Origin: Candidatus Peregrinibacteria bacterium | GTDB lineage: Bacteria; Patescibacteriota; Gracilibacteria; UBA1369; UM-FILTER-53-11 | Direction: 5' to 3' | DNA length: 64,000 nucleotides | Assembly: GCA_016186205.1 (NCBI GenBank) | Contig: JACPMA010000016.1 | Coordinates: forward strand, 30,978-94,977 | Shown here: positions 44,803 to 54,054 of the stretch, piece by piece | How the letters are laid out: every line of letters begins with the position of its first letter | Position numbering within the stretch: the first letter of the stretch is position 1 | Position numbers and translations under genes: made by a program | The notes under the pieces: generated by a model | Database searches by the model: none | What the model was told of the DNA's origin: nothing | Seen by the model: the letters and a program-made list of their open reading frames with translations, nothing else

Positions 44803-47800
44803 ATGTCGCCTCCGGAAAAGAGAGAAGGCCGAAAAATCCATGAAGGCCGAAGAACGGATTATAAACGCGATACAGAAGAATTGCAGCGCGAGCAGTTTCT
44901 TGATGAATCGCGGCGCGATCGCGAACGCCTGAAAGGCAAGATTGAGCAACCGGAGCAAAAACTTGCCAAGGAAGTCCGGGAATCTTTGGAAACAAGAGTG
45001 CCAGATGCTGTAGATCGCGAAAAAGTCTATCGCCTCATGAGCGTTTATGAATTCATCCCGTCTTCGCAGACTGAACTCGGTTTTTTTCTTCACGACCTAG
45101 AAATTCTAGAATATCAGCCTGCCATGCTTTTTTATGAATTTTTGAGCCATGAATTCGGATATAAATTTGAACTTACTTTTCCGCGAGTAGTCAAAGACCT
45201 CATAAACTATGAGAATCTGCAAATGAAATTTCAGATGGCGGAAATTGAAGTTTCTCTTTCCGGCAGTGATGAAAAGATGCGTGAATTCGATGAAAAACGG
45301 AATACCATTATGAATACTGTATTGACGCGAATTTTCGTCGAAGCGCGCCGTCGTTACGGAACGGGTTTTTTCAAAAACAGCGCTCAAAAATTTCGCGATC
45401 ACTATCAAATTCCGCTTTCAGCATCAGGTCTTTTGCTCTATTTTGGTTTGTTTGATGATAAGGATAAAAAGCCCGATACAGCGTCACTTCTTTCTGTCGA
45501 TCAACATGCCGTTCAGGAAAAAATCGGGCCGCTTTTTCAAGGAAATGAAATGCTGTGTATTTTATATTCCGTCCATAAGCCGAAAGAATTTGAAGCTATG
45601 GTAGCGGTCGCTCAAACCCTTAAGCGCCATACTAAATATGAACCGCTTGATAAGTATGTTTTTGAAGTATTTGGTTCCATAGAAAACCTTCCGGATTTTC
45701 TCGCTTTTTGGAATTGGATTGAGTATGAATTTTTACAGAATGGCCCGCTTACTTTGCGATCCGCTGATGATTTGCTTGAACAGTGGAATAAGCTTAAACC
45801 GGCCAAATGGGATAAAACAACAGCGAACCGCATACGCGACGTTTGGAAGGAATGCGGAATTGCCGCAACGAGGCCGGAGTTCCTTACGCATATCGCCGAT
45901 TATTATTGGTCTGATGAAGAAATGGAAGCTCTGCGTTCCATCAAGAAACAACATTCATTCCGCTGGAACGAGAATCTTTCAGTAAACATGCTCCATAAAG
46001 ATATTCGAGAAATTCTTAAAAAAGGTTTGTTGGCGCGCATCGCGGATCCGCAGAATGCGCCTCTTTACCGCGCTGCGGCAAATTATAAATATGATCCCCA
46101 AGCTCCGCTGGAAAATTTGCATAATTTTCTCGAGACCGAAAAGGGCATAGCGGTGCTTGAAAAAAAAGATCCAAACGCGAGAAATATTTTACAAGTTCTC
46201 GGCAGAACTAATGTGCCACTTAACGCAGTTGCCAGACTTGCCTCTGGTATAACCCAAAAAGTCCTTGAGAATCTCGGCGCCTCTTCGCCGATTTTGACTA
46301 TCGTGCACCGTTTTGCCGAAAAGCCGGATCTCATTCATGCATGGGAAAAACTTTGTCAAAATTACCAGTGGGATGAACTTGAGCTGGGTCATCTTGAATA
46401 TTGGCTTGATCTTCCCGATGAAAAACAGAAGCAGCTTGTAAATTCAGAACATATCGCCCGCGTGCGTATGCTCCGGCAAACGTATCATTTTAAAATCAGT
46501 CCGCCGATACTCATTACTTTTATGAATGATTTTGAATCGGATGAAAATTTCCGAAAACAGATCAGCGTTCTTTCCTCGAAGCCATGTCAGGGATTTTTTA
46601 AAAAGTATGGAACGCTTTTTGCGGAATCCAATTTGATGGATGAAACATGGCAGCAGGATCGCCTCCTTGATATAGTTAAATTTTTTCAAAAACAAAAAAC
46701 CGACAAACGGTTCCTTCGTTGGGCAAAACGGTGGAAGGATGCCGGACAAGGAGTGGACTCCGTTTTTATGGGTGATGAAAGCCAATCTTCTTTGGCTGTT
46801 TTGGATCGTCCGGAATTTCCGCGGCTTGTTGCCGTATGTAAAATTCTAAAAATCGAAATGGGTTCTATAAGCAATCTGGCAAGGTTAGTTAACCATGTGG
46901 CAACTTTGGAGAAAAAAGAATTCTCCGGCTTTCTGGATACGATGGAGCGCATTTATGGCGTGACGCATGAATTTTATATGCTTGATGATCTTGCAAAAAT
47001 CTTTGAAGATACGCAAGCGCGCGCCTTTTTTACAAATCCGGATGTCCAGAATTTTTATCGCAAACTCCAAACATACGGCTATTCATTCGAAGAGCGAAAC
47101 TACATGCCTTTTGAGGAACGTTACAAAAAATTGCGAGGTTTATATGAAACAAAAGGTCTTTTTGAAGCCATTGAGCGGCTTGGAAAAGCTTACGGAATGG
47201 ATGTGCAAAAATTGGCTGGAGAGGCGGAAGAAGAGGAAAATGGAGGAGGAGTCTTCGGGAGAATTTCGAATATGATGATGCCTGGAATTGAGACAAGGGG
47301 ATTTGATTTTATGTCCGAGCTTAAAGTGCTCGTTGAACAAGGCGATTTTGAACTGCTCGTTGCGCCGGAGACCGTCGAATTCGTGAAATTTTGCGAGAAG
47401 ACTTATGGCTATCAATTTTCTCTTTTGAATATGAGTTCCTTGATGACGGTTGTAAAAAGTCCAAGGCTCAAGGCGGCCGTGCGCGATCCTCGACTTCCAG
47501 AGGTTATCAAGCGTTTAGGTAAACGCATCGAACTTAGATTTAGTTTTAATGCACTCGACCTTTTTGTCGATATTATGGATCACGAAAAAGAATTTGAAGA
47601 GACCATGGATCTTTTGGAGCAGCAGTACGCTTATCGTCTTAAAGATCCAGGCGATTTGTTTTTTATCGTTGATCTTTTGGGCAAGGAAGCAGTTATTGAG
47701 AAATTAAAGAGTAAAACATTCCAGGAAATGATCGGGGCGCTTAAAAAAGAGCAGAAGTACAAATTTGAAGTGACGGATATGTATGCGCTCATTTACCTTG

Positions 47801-48951
47801 ATGACCATCGAGGATTAACCGAAAGTATCTATGATTCTAAAATGGAAGATTTTGCAGAGCGGATTTTCGGAAAACGTTTTGGGAATAATCTTGCCGCGCG
47901 CATTAAATTTTTTGAGGTTTATAAAGATGAGACAAAACGCCGCAAACTCGATTCAGAAAATTTCCGAAGCACGCAAGAACAGCTTCGCCGCGAGATCGGT
48001 ACCACGGCTGGAGCGGATGACGCGGACGGCCTCCTTTTGTGCATGAATCATCCGGAAGTTTTTTCTTTTTTGAAAGCGGTAAATTTTAGAATTCGTCTTT
48101 TTGATTATCAAGCCGTGAATTTTTTCGATGCCATGCCGAGCTTAATAACCATGGCTCGTCTCCATGCAGAAAAATATATCGATGTACTTAAAAAAACCGC
48201 AAAAGGGTGGTGGTATGATTTCAATCCTCTTGACGGAGCTGCATGGGAAAAAATCATTGATAAATATCCAAGCTTTTATGGTTTTTCCGTAGATGCGCAA
48301 GCTTTGCAAAAGCGCATCGGCGAGCGCAGCATATCGGCAAACGATTTGTATATCGGTTTGCTTTTGGGCGAACGATTGTCATTCGACCGTTCTGCGCTGG
48401 AGCAGGAGTTAAAGGAACCTTTTAAGGACGATATTCATCGAGTTGATTCGAATTTTGACAGTTATCGTTCATACAATGATTTGTCGAAATTTTCAGTCAT
48501 GCAGCTAAATAAAATGCGGCTCATTAGGCAGTGGCTTGCTTTGGAAAAGGCAAGAAAAGAAGTTGGTACTTTTATCCGCCGCGATGTTCAGCAATATCCG
48601 TATACCGAACTTGGTTCGGTGATAGTTATCAAGCCGAATGGCGACATAGAAAATCATGAATATCCGCCGAAACTCCATTTCCAAAACGGATCGTATGCTG
48701 CTCCGGCCGAGGCGAAAAACGAACACGCGGTGTCGCTCGCAATCTCCCATCTCCACGCTCTAAAATTCAATCAAGGCAATCATGCCGGCCCGAGCGGAAG
48801 CCGATTTTCCATTGGCGGCGACATTTCCGTGGCTCGCATTGAAGAGCGCGATTCGGTCGTCATGACATCTCTTTCCGAAAATCAGTTTGCCGTTCATTTT
48901 TATACGGCCTCCGGCGACGTCGCGTTTCTCGGACGGTTTGAATATAAGTAA
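44803..48951 (+). CDS. Giant hypothetical protein (1382 aa) with a possible C-terminal JAB/RadC-like metal-binding motif
   Basis: Long uninterrupted ORF. Recurring helical modules (..YGY.F.., ..YKFE..). The C-terminal SHLHALKFNQGNHAGPSGSRFSIGGDI loosely resembles HxH...PSxxD of JAMM/RadC domains. Confidence 0.7.
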   Translation: MSPPEKREGRKIHEGRRTDYKRDTEELQREQFLDESRRDRERLKGKIEQPEQKLAKEVRESLETRVPDAVDREKVYRLMSVYEFIPSSQTELGFFLHDLEILEYQPAMLFYEFLSHEFGYKFELTFPRVVKDLINYENLQMKFQMAEIEVSLSGSDEKMREFDEKRNTIMNTVLTRIFVEARRRYGTGFFKNSAQKFRDHYQIPLSASGLLLYFGLFDDKDKKPDTASLLSVDQHAVQEKIGPLFQGNEMLCILYSVHKPKEFEAMVAVAQTLKRHTKYEPLDKYVFEVFGSIENLPDFLAFWNWIEYEFLQNGPLTLRSADDLLEQWNKLKPAKWDKTTANRIRDVWKECGIAATRPEFLTHIADYYWSDEEMEALRSIKKQHSFRWNENLSVNMLHKDIREILKKGLLARIADPQNAPLYRAAANYKYDPQAPLENLHNFLETEKGIAVLEKKDPNARNILQVLGRTNVPLNAVARLASGITQKVLENLGASSPILTIVHRFAEKPDLIHAWEKLCQNYQWDELELGHLEYWLDLPDEKQKQLVNSEHIARVRMLRQTYHFKISPPILITFMNDFESDENFRKQISVLSSKPCQGFFKKYGTLFAESNLMDETWQQDRLLDIVKFFQKQKTDKRFLRWAKRWKDAGQGVDSVFMGDESQSSLAVLDRPEFPRLVAVCKILKIEMGSISNLARLVNHVATLEKKEFSGFLDTMERIYGVTHEFYMLDDLAKIFEDTQARAFFTNPDVQNFYRKLQTYGYSFEERNYMPFEERYKKLRGLYETKGLFEAIERLGKAYGMDVQKLAGEAEEEENGGGVFGRISNMMMPGIETRGFDFMSELKVLVEQGDFELLVAPETVEFVKFCEKTYGYQFSLLNMSSLMTVVKSPRLKAAVRDPRLPEVIKRLGKRIELRFSFNALDLFVDIMDHEKEFEETMDLLEQQYAYRLKDPGDLFFIVDLLGKEAVIEKLKSKTFQEMIGALKKEQKYKFEVTDMYALIYLDDHRGLTESIYDSKMEDFAERIFGKRFGNNLAARIKFFEVYKDETKRRKLDSENFRSTQEQLRREIGTTAGADDADGLLLCMNHPEVFSFLKAVNFRIRLFDYQAVNFFDAMPSLITMARLHAEKYIDVLKKTAKGWWYDFNPLDGAAWEKIIDKYPSFYGFSVDAQALQKRIGERSISANDLYIGLLLGERLSFDRSALEQELKEPFKDDIHRVDSNFDSYRSYNDLSKFSVMQLNKMRLIRQWLALEKARKEVGTFIRRDVQQYPYTELGSVIVIKPNGDIENHEYPPKLHFQNGSYAAPAEAKNEHAVSLAISHLHALKFNQGNHAGPSGSRFSIGGDISVARIEERDSVVMTSLSENQFAVHFYTASGDVAFLGRFEYK

Positions 48952-48953
48952 TA

Positions 48954-49811
48954 ATGTACAATGTTGTTATGAAGAAGCGGTTTTTCATAGTGCTAGGTAT
49001 ATTGGGCGCTCTGGCAATAATTTCCGGATTTTTCTTCCGCGTCGAGATAAAAGAGTCAGTTGAATCTTTTTCAAAGCTCTCCCTTCCAGAGCCGAAAGCA
49101 GTCACGGAATTTCAAAAGCAAGAATCAGCTCCAACAACTACTCCTGCAGAAATTTCCCTCAAAAAACCCTCAACCCTAGGCGCGAGCGAAGCGAGTGCTA
49201 AGCAATTAAATCGCCCGAAGGGCGAAACCTTAAACCCTAAACCCTCAACCCTCGCAATAAATCTTAATATTCCTTTTGCTTCCCAAGCTCCATTCGGCAA
49301 CTGGGATTTGCCGTATCAGGAAGCCTGCGAAGAAGCAGCGGCCATCATGGTGCACCGTTATTTTTCCGGAGAACCGCTTGATCCTGCGACCATGGACGGT
49401 GAACTCAAAAAACTAATCGCATGGGAAGAAAAAACATTCGGCTACTATAAAGACACCACTGCGGAAGAAATTGCCCGCATGCTGCGGGAATATTTTGGGC
49501 ACAGCGAAGTGGAAGTACAGTACGATTTTACGATTGAAGATGTGAAAGCGGCTCTGCAAGAGGGCCATCCTGTGATTCTTCCGGCAGCCGGCCGGCTTCT
49601 TCCAAATCCATATTTTCGCGATCCGGGGCCCGTTTATCACGCGCTTGTAGTAAAAGGGTTTATCGGCGAAAAAATCATCACAAATGATCCCGGTACGCGC
49701 CGCGGCAAAGATTTTCTCTACGATCCGGTAGCACTTCTGAATGCCGTGCATGACTGGAATGAGGAAAATATTTTGAAGGGCCGGAAGGTTATGATTATCG
49801 TTAGAGAATAG
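48954..49811 (+). CDS. Membrane-anchored C39-like cysteine peptidase family protein
   Basis: Alternative ATG at 48969 (MKKRFFIVLG...). TM anchor, low-complexity linker, then PFASQAPFGNWDLPYQEACEEAAAIMV and C-terminal HALVVKGF..ITNDPG, typical of Peptidase_C39_2-like proteins. Confidence 0.6.
   Translation: MYNVVMKKRFFIVLGILGALAIISGFFFRVEIKESVESFSKLSLPEPKAVTEFQKQESAPTTTPAEISLKKPSTLGASEASAKQLNRPKGETLNPKPSTLAINLNIPFASQAPFGNWDLPYQEACEEAAAIMVHRYFSGEPLDPATMDGELKKLIAWEEKTFGYYKDTTAEEIARMLREYFGHSEVEVQYDFTIEDVKAALQEGHPVILPAAGRLLPNPYFRDPGPVYHALVVKGFIGEKIITNDPGTRRGKDFLYDPVALLNAVHDWNEENILKGRKVMIIVRE
49179..49231. repeat. Copy of the repeat family inside the C39-like peptidase gene (in frame), flanked by 14-bp direct repeats
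   Basis: GGCGCGAGCGAAGCGAGTGCTAAGCAATTAAATCGCCCGAAGGGCGAAACCTT. Direct repeats AAACCCTCAACCCT at 49164-49177 and 49239-49252. Confidence 0.75.
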
Positions 49812-49929
49812 AGGCCAAGTGTGCTGCCATGCATTTTTTCAAACATTTTGGCACGCTAGGCCGCGGGATCGATCCCGCGGCCTAGCGTGCCAAAATGTTT
49901 GAAAAAATGCATGGCAGCACACTTGGCCT
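49812..49929. repeat. Perfect 118-bp palindrome (59-bp arms, no spacer) filling a convergent intergenic gap
   Basis: Arms 49812-49870 and 49871-49929 are exact reverse complements, checked base by base. It starts 1 nt after the TAG of the C39-like gene and overlaps the murJ stop codon by 2 nt. Confidence 0.95.
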
Positions 49930-51241
49930 ATAGTTCCTTAATTTTTCGGCGGAGAAATATCGCCAAGAGAATAACTTCCGAGGCGCTGCCTAGAAAAAAT
50001 CCGTAGGGAATTGCGGCAATGCCGAGATTTTTTGATTGATATGAGGCAAACGAAACGCTCACTGCGAGACCGATAGCGCTGAAAATTACCGGAGTGATGG
50101 TGTTTTTTAGCGCATAGAATGAGCGCGCTAGCAGATGCACCAGACTTTCCGTAGGAATAGAAAGCGCAAAAATTGAAAGCACGCCGGCTGTGCGCAGAAT
50201 ATTTTCATCAGAAAAATTTCCGCCGCCAAGAAAAATTCGGATTGGCAGAGCGCTCAAAAAATAAAGCCCGAATGCTGACGGCAGAGTAAAAATGAGAATG
50301 TCGCGCAGGGCTTTCCAGAAATTTTTGAGAAAGTTTTCGCGGTCCGATTTTCCGGCCGCTTCGCATAGTATCGGAAAAATCGCCACGGAAAAAGCAATGC
50401 CAAAAAGGGAAACCGGCACGCTCTGAAAATTCCGCGCGAAGCTCACCGCAGTGACGCTTCCGGCTGCAAGCATAGTTGCGATTCGCGTAAATGAAAGGAA
50501 CGTGAGCTGTTCAACAGGGTGCCCGATCATTTTTGGAATCATGAGTTTTATGACTTGGAGAAAATTTTTGTCGCGCAGATTGATATTAAAGCGGTACGAA
50601 AAAGCCGATTTGCGGATTGCAAAGAAACGCGGCAACAAATGGAGAAATGCACCAAGCACCGTGCCGAGAACAAGGCCATAAACGCCGAACCACGGTTTTG
50701 CAAAAGCGCCTGCGATAATTCCGAAATTATAAAAAATCGGCGAAAGTCCGTACGGGAGGAATGTTTTATATGAAATGAGCATGGCGCCGAAACCGCTGGA
50801 AACAGCCATGAAAATCGGAGAAATAAGCATGAGTCGGCTCAAACGTACCAGCTGTTCGAGTTCTGGAGCGGAAAATCCAGGGGCGATGAATCGCGCCAAA
50901 AAAGGCATAAAAATGGCTGCAAGAATTCCTGAAATAAGAATTATAAAGATCGCCCCGTGCAGAACGGTATTCGCCAGTTCATTTGCTTTTTCTTTCTCGC
51001 CGCCGGTAAACAGACTCGTAAAAATTGGAATGAACGCTGCGGAAAGCGCGCTTGAAACCAGGATATTTAAAAGCAAATCAGGAATGATGAAAGAGGCGTT
51101 ATAGAGATCAAGCTCACGCCCCAATCCAAATTGATGCGCAAAAATTCGGTCACGAATAAGGCCGGTGACATAGCTTAAAAACGTCGTTATAGAAAGTACG
51201 GCCGCGCCAGTCGCGAATTTTTCCGGCAGTTTTTGGATCAT
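49928..51241 (-). CDS. murJ: Lipid II flippase MurJ/MviN family
   Basis: Start moved to ATG 51241 (MIQKLPEKFATGAAVLS...TGLIRDRIFAHQFG). About 12-14 TM helices typical of MurJ. Confidence 0.75.
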   Translation of the reverse strand: MIQKLPEKFATGAAVLSITTFLSYVTGLIRDRIFAHQFGLGRELDLYNASFIIPDLLLNILVSSALSAAFIPIFTSLFTGGEKEKANELANTVLHGAIFIILISGILAAIFMPFLARFIAPGFSAPELEQLVRLSRLMLISPIFMAVSSGFGAMLISYKTFLPYGLSPIFYNFGIIAGAFAKPWFGVYGLVLGTVLGAFLHLLPRFFAIRKSAFSYRFNINLRDKNFLQVIKLMIPKMIGHPVEQLTFLSFTRIATMLAAGSVTAVSFARNFQSVPVSLFGIAFSVAIFPILCEAAGKSDRENFLKNFWKALRDILIFTLPSAFGLYFLSALPIRIFLGGGNFSDENILRTAGVLSIFALSIPTESLVHLLARSFYALKNTITPVIFSAIGLAVSVSFASYQSKNLGIAAIPYGFFLGSASEVILLAIFLRRKIKEL

Positions 51242-51288
51242 ATAAAGAGTATACTGAACATAATATAATTTTATATAACTTTTTTTAT

Positions 51289-51870
51289 ATGGATATTCCT
51301 CAACAAATTCCTCCGGCTGCGCCTTCTTCGCCTTCGCCATCTCCGCCGCCTTCGCCAGCCAGCGGACCGAGCTTACCGAAAATCCCGATTGACCTTGATC
51401 CGCGTACGCTCGCCACGCTCAAATGGAGTGCTGTCTGGAACGGCGTTGGCGCTGCCATAGTCAGCGTGGCCAGCTATTTGAGTTTTTATTTCATTGGCGG
51501 ACTTGCCGGAGATATTCTCCGTACGTTCGGCGGCGTAACCAGAAATTTTCCAGTCGGCCAGCTCATCGGCGATATTCTTTGGGGTGCAGTATACGGCGCC
51601 GTCTTCGGATTTTTGATTTCAAAATTTTACACGCAAATCCAGCAGTGGAATCGGCAGTATCTTAAAGGCTGGCTCAATACGTTTTTTAAGCTTTTGTTTT
51701 ACCCGTCTCTTATCGGTTCGCTTTTGGCTTTTCTTATGACAAGTGTCGCAGGTTTTGGAATCGGATTTATGCCGCTTATCATCATTTTAGCCGGCGTACT
51801 CTTGAAAGGTTTTGTATATGCCAAAATGATGACCAAATACGTCGGCCAGCTTTATGCGCCACCAGCCTAG
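51289..51870 (+). CDS. Integral membrane hypothetical protein with a Pro/Ser-rich N-terminus
   Basis: 193 aa, N-terminal PPAAPSSPSPSPPPSPASGP, followed by four hydrophobic helices. Confidence 0.5.
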   Translation: MDIPQQIPPAAPSSPSPSPPPSPASGPSLPKIPIDLDPRTLATLKWSAVWNGVGAAIVSVASYLSFYFIGGLAGDILRTFGGVTRNFPVGQLIGDILWGAVYGAVFGFLISKFYTQIQQWNRQYLKGWLNTFFKLLFYPSLIGSLLAFLMTSVAGFGIGFMPLIIILAGVLLKGFVYAKMMTKYVGQLYAPPA

Positions 51871-51871
51871 T

Positions 51872-52105
51872 TTAGGCGTGGTATTTGTGGCAGTGCGAAA
51901 AGTTCCAGAGCGCAAGCAGCGCGGCAACAACCAGACCGACGCCGCTAAACCACATCGGCACATCCCAGCCTCCTATTTGCGCTGCCCATCCATAAAAAAG
52001 GCGCAGCACATGGAGTACAGCAACGGCCGCGAAGATCACTCCGGAAACGAGTGAAACAGAAAGTTTCATCAGTTCCAATATATATCGTTTAGATATATAA
52101 TCCAA
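51872..52105 (-). CDS. Small two-helix membrane protein
   Basis: 77-aa ORF (possible internal start at MKLSVSLVS...) with two hydrophobic helices. Convergent with and abutting the previous gene. Confidence 0.4.
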   Translation of the reverse strand: MDYISKRYILELMKLSVSLVSGVIFAAVAVLHVLRLFYGWAAQIGGWDVPMWFSGVGLVVAALLALWNFSHCHKYHA

Positions 52106-52130
52106 GCCTCAAGACTTTTTATACTTTCTT

Positions 52131-52661
52131 ATGTCAGATCCTAAACTCATTGCAGTTGATATCGTTGCCTTAGTGGAAGATCAAGCTAACGGTAGTCCGA
52201 TAGTTGTGCTTCATGACCGTCAGGGCAACCGTCTGCTTCCAATTTGGATCGGCGATCCGGAAGCGCGTGCCATTGCGGTTGCGCTCAACAAAATGCGCAT
52301 GCCGCGGCCGCTTACACATAAACTTCTCATTCATGTTATAGAGGCGCTTGACGGAAAGCTTTCGCGAGTGGTTGTAGATCGGTTAAAAAATCATACCTAT
52401 TTTGCATCTCTTTATGTGCAAACCGCAGCAAAGACCGTTGCCGTGGATGCCCGTCCTTCCGACGCCATCGCGCTTGCGCTTGAGGCGCGCATCCCGATTT
52501 TTGTAGCGAAGCAAGTTATGGATGAAGCCGGCCAGCAAAATCCTTTTCCCGGCATCGCAATGCGTCAAGAAAAGCGAGAGTTCAAGGAAGAGGATTTAGT
52601 GAAATTAAAGGAGCTTTTGGAAAAAGCCCGCGAGCGGGAACAAAAAGCCGGAGGCGAATAA
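52131..52661 (+). CDS. Bifunctional nuclease family protein (DUF151/BFN domain)
   Basis: GSPIVVLHDRQGNRLLPIWIGDPEARAIAVAL...RPLTHKLL...ARPSDAIALALEARIPIFV matches the BFN-domain pattern. Confidence 0.7.
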   Translation: MSDPKLIAVDIVALVEDQANGSPIVVLHDRQGNRLLPIWIGDPEARAIAVALNKMRMPRPLTHKLLIHVIEALDGKLSRVVVDRLKNHTYFASLYVQTAAKTVAVDARPSDAIALALEARIPIFVAKQVMDEAGQQNPFPGIAMRQEKREFKEEDLVKLKELLEKAREREQKAGGE

Positions 52662-52751
52662 CTAAATATTTGCTTCATTAACAGATTAGACATACTATTG
52701 ATCAATTAGGAAAATATGTATAAAATTAATCACCTTTGACAATTTTTATAT

Positions 52752-53486
52752 ATGCCAGAAGCAGCACAAAGATTGGAGGAACTCGTGCATAATCAGTTTG
52801 CAAGTGAGCTAGAACTTAGTAAAGAATCTGGTCTGTATGTGGCCAAAAAAAGTTCACATGACGTGCCTCCGCCAGCCGATGCGCAGGCCGCCTCCCGCTT
52901 GCTTATTACTCGACTTACCACCACGCAGGTAGTTGCTATTCTTGAAAAAGCAAAACAACCTCAACTCCAAATGGAACCGGTTACTTCTTTTAAGCGCTAT
53001 GTAGCTGCGCTTGATGGGAATAAAAGAATGCCAGAACAAGTTGATACTTTCGTGAATTCAGAGCGAAGAGCTGCATGGGCGAGACAAGACATCAACGCAG
53101 GAATCGGTGATAGCGTTTCCGGATGGAATCTTGGCATCATTGATGCTGAACAAGAACTTGATGCTGAACAAGAACTTGATGTTGATCCAAACTTGACTAG
53201 AACTTTGGGACAAAAACATTTTCAAAATGATGCGCAGTGGGGCCACTCCGGTTTGCGTTCACCTCATCCTCGCCGTTATGCGCTTGCACAGCTAAGAGCC
53301 ATTCTTCAGCACGGAAAACCTCTCGATCAAATGAACTGGTCTGCTCTTAATGATGATACAGGTAATACTTCTGTTGTTCCGAGCGGTGATTGGCTTGATA
53401 ATCGGGTCTACTTTAACGTGGGCTTTCCTGACGGTCAGGACGATCTCGTGGGGTTTCGGCCCGAGGTGGTGGTCAAAGCGGCTTAG
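52752..53486 (+). CDS. Hypothetical protein
   Basis: 244-aa ORF. Contains an 18-bp tandem duplication (53142-53177, DAEQEL x2). No family recognised. Confidence 0.45.
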   Translation: MPEAAQRLEELVHNQFASELELSKESGLYVAKKSSHDVPPPADAQAASRLLITRLTTTQVVAILEKAKQPQLQMEPVTSFKRYVAALDGNKRMPEQVDTFVNSERRAAWARQDINAGIGDSVSGWNLGIIDAEQELDAEQELDVDPNLTRTLGQKHFQNDAQWGHSGLRSPHPRRYALAQLRAILQHGKPLDQMNWSALNDDTGNTSVVPSGDWLDNRVYFNVGFPDGQDDLVGFRPEVVVKAA

Positions 53487-53526
53487 GCTTTAAACCTTGG
53501 TATATTGCTGAAAAAATCCTATTTTG

Positions 53527-54054
53527 ATGCGTCTTTTTATTGCCATTGATCTTCCGGAAAACGTGAAAGATTATCTACGCAAACTGCAGGCGGTTTTGCC
53601 GCAGGTAAAAATGTCAAAAACTCATGATTTTCATCTCACTTTGAAATTTTTGGGTTCGTGCGAAGAGCGCCGTTGCAAGAAAATTAAAGAAGAACTCGCG
53701 CATATTCCTTTTCAGCCGTTTGAAAGCTGTTTGGAAAATATTGGAACTTTCGGAGGGAAATCGCCGCGGGTCGTTTGGGTCGGCCTTAAAGTTCCGACAT
53801 GGCTTCAAGAAACCGCGTATGAAATTGAGGATCATATGGAAAAACTTGGGTTTGAAAAGGAGCGCCGTTTTGTTCCGCACATCACGCTTGCGCGGATAAA
53901 ATTCATTGAAAATCCGCAGCAGTTTGTAGAAGATCTCAAAAAAATCTCCGTTGATCGGATTTCGTTTCCGGTTTCACAATTTCATCTTTTTGAGAGTACT
54001 CTGCACGTGAAGCTCGCCACTTTTTCAGGGCAAGGAGCAGGGGAATTCCATTGA
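53527..54054 (+). CDS. thpR: RNA 2',3'-cyclic phosphodiesterase / 2'-5' RNA ligase family (ThpR/LigT)
   Basis: Two HxT/S motifs (FHLTLKFLG and PHITLARI) at the expected spacing. ATG at 53527. Confidence 0.75.
   Translation: MRLFIAIDLPENVKDYLRKLQAVLPQVKMSKTHDFHLTLKFLGSCEERRCKKIKEELAHIPFQPFESCLENIGTFGGKSPRVVWVGLKVPTWLQETAYEIEDHMEKLGFEKERRFVPHITLARIKFIENPQQFVEDLKKISVDRISFPVSQFHLFESTLHVKLATFSGQGAGEFH

Noticed and set aside
49838-49894. Symmetric 18-codon ORF (MHFFKHFGTLGRGIDPAA) readable on both strands of the 118-bp palindrome
   Set aside because: It is an automatic consequence of the palindrome, and there is no translation signal.
53936-54054. 119-nt convergent overlap of thpR and the LTD-protein gene as a sign of mis-annotation or a frameshift
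   Set aside because: Both C-termini are plausible, and other convergent pairs in the window also overlap or abut (277-326, 10459-10490, 43262-43265). Probably genome compaction, and it cannot be resolved without homologues.
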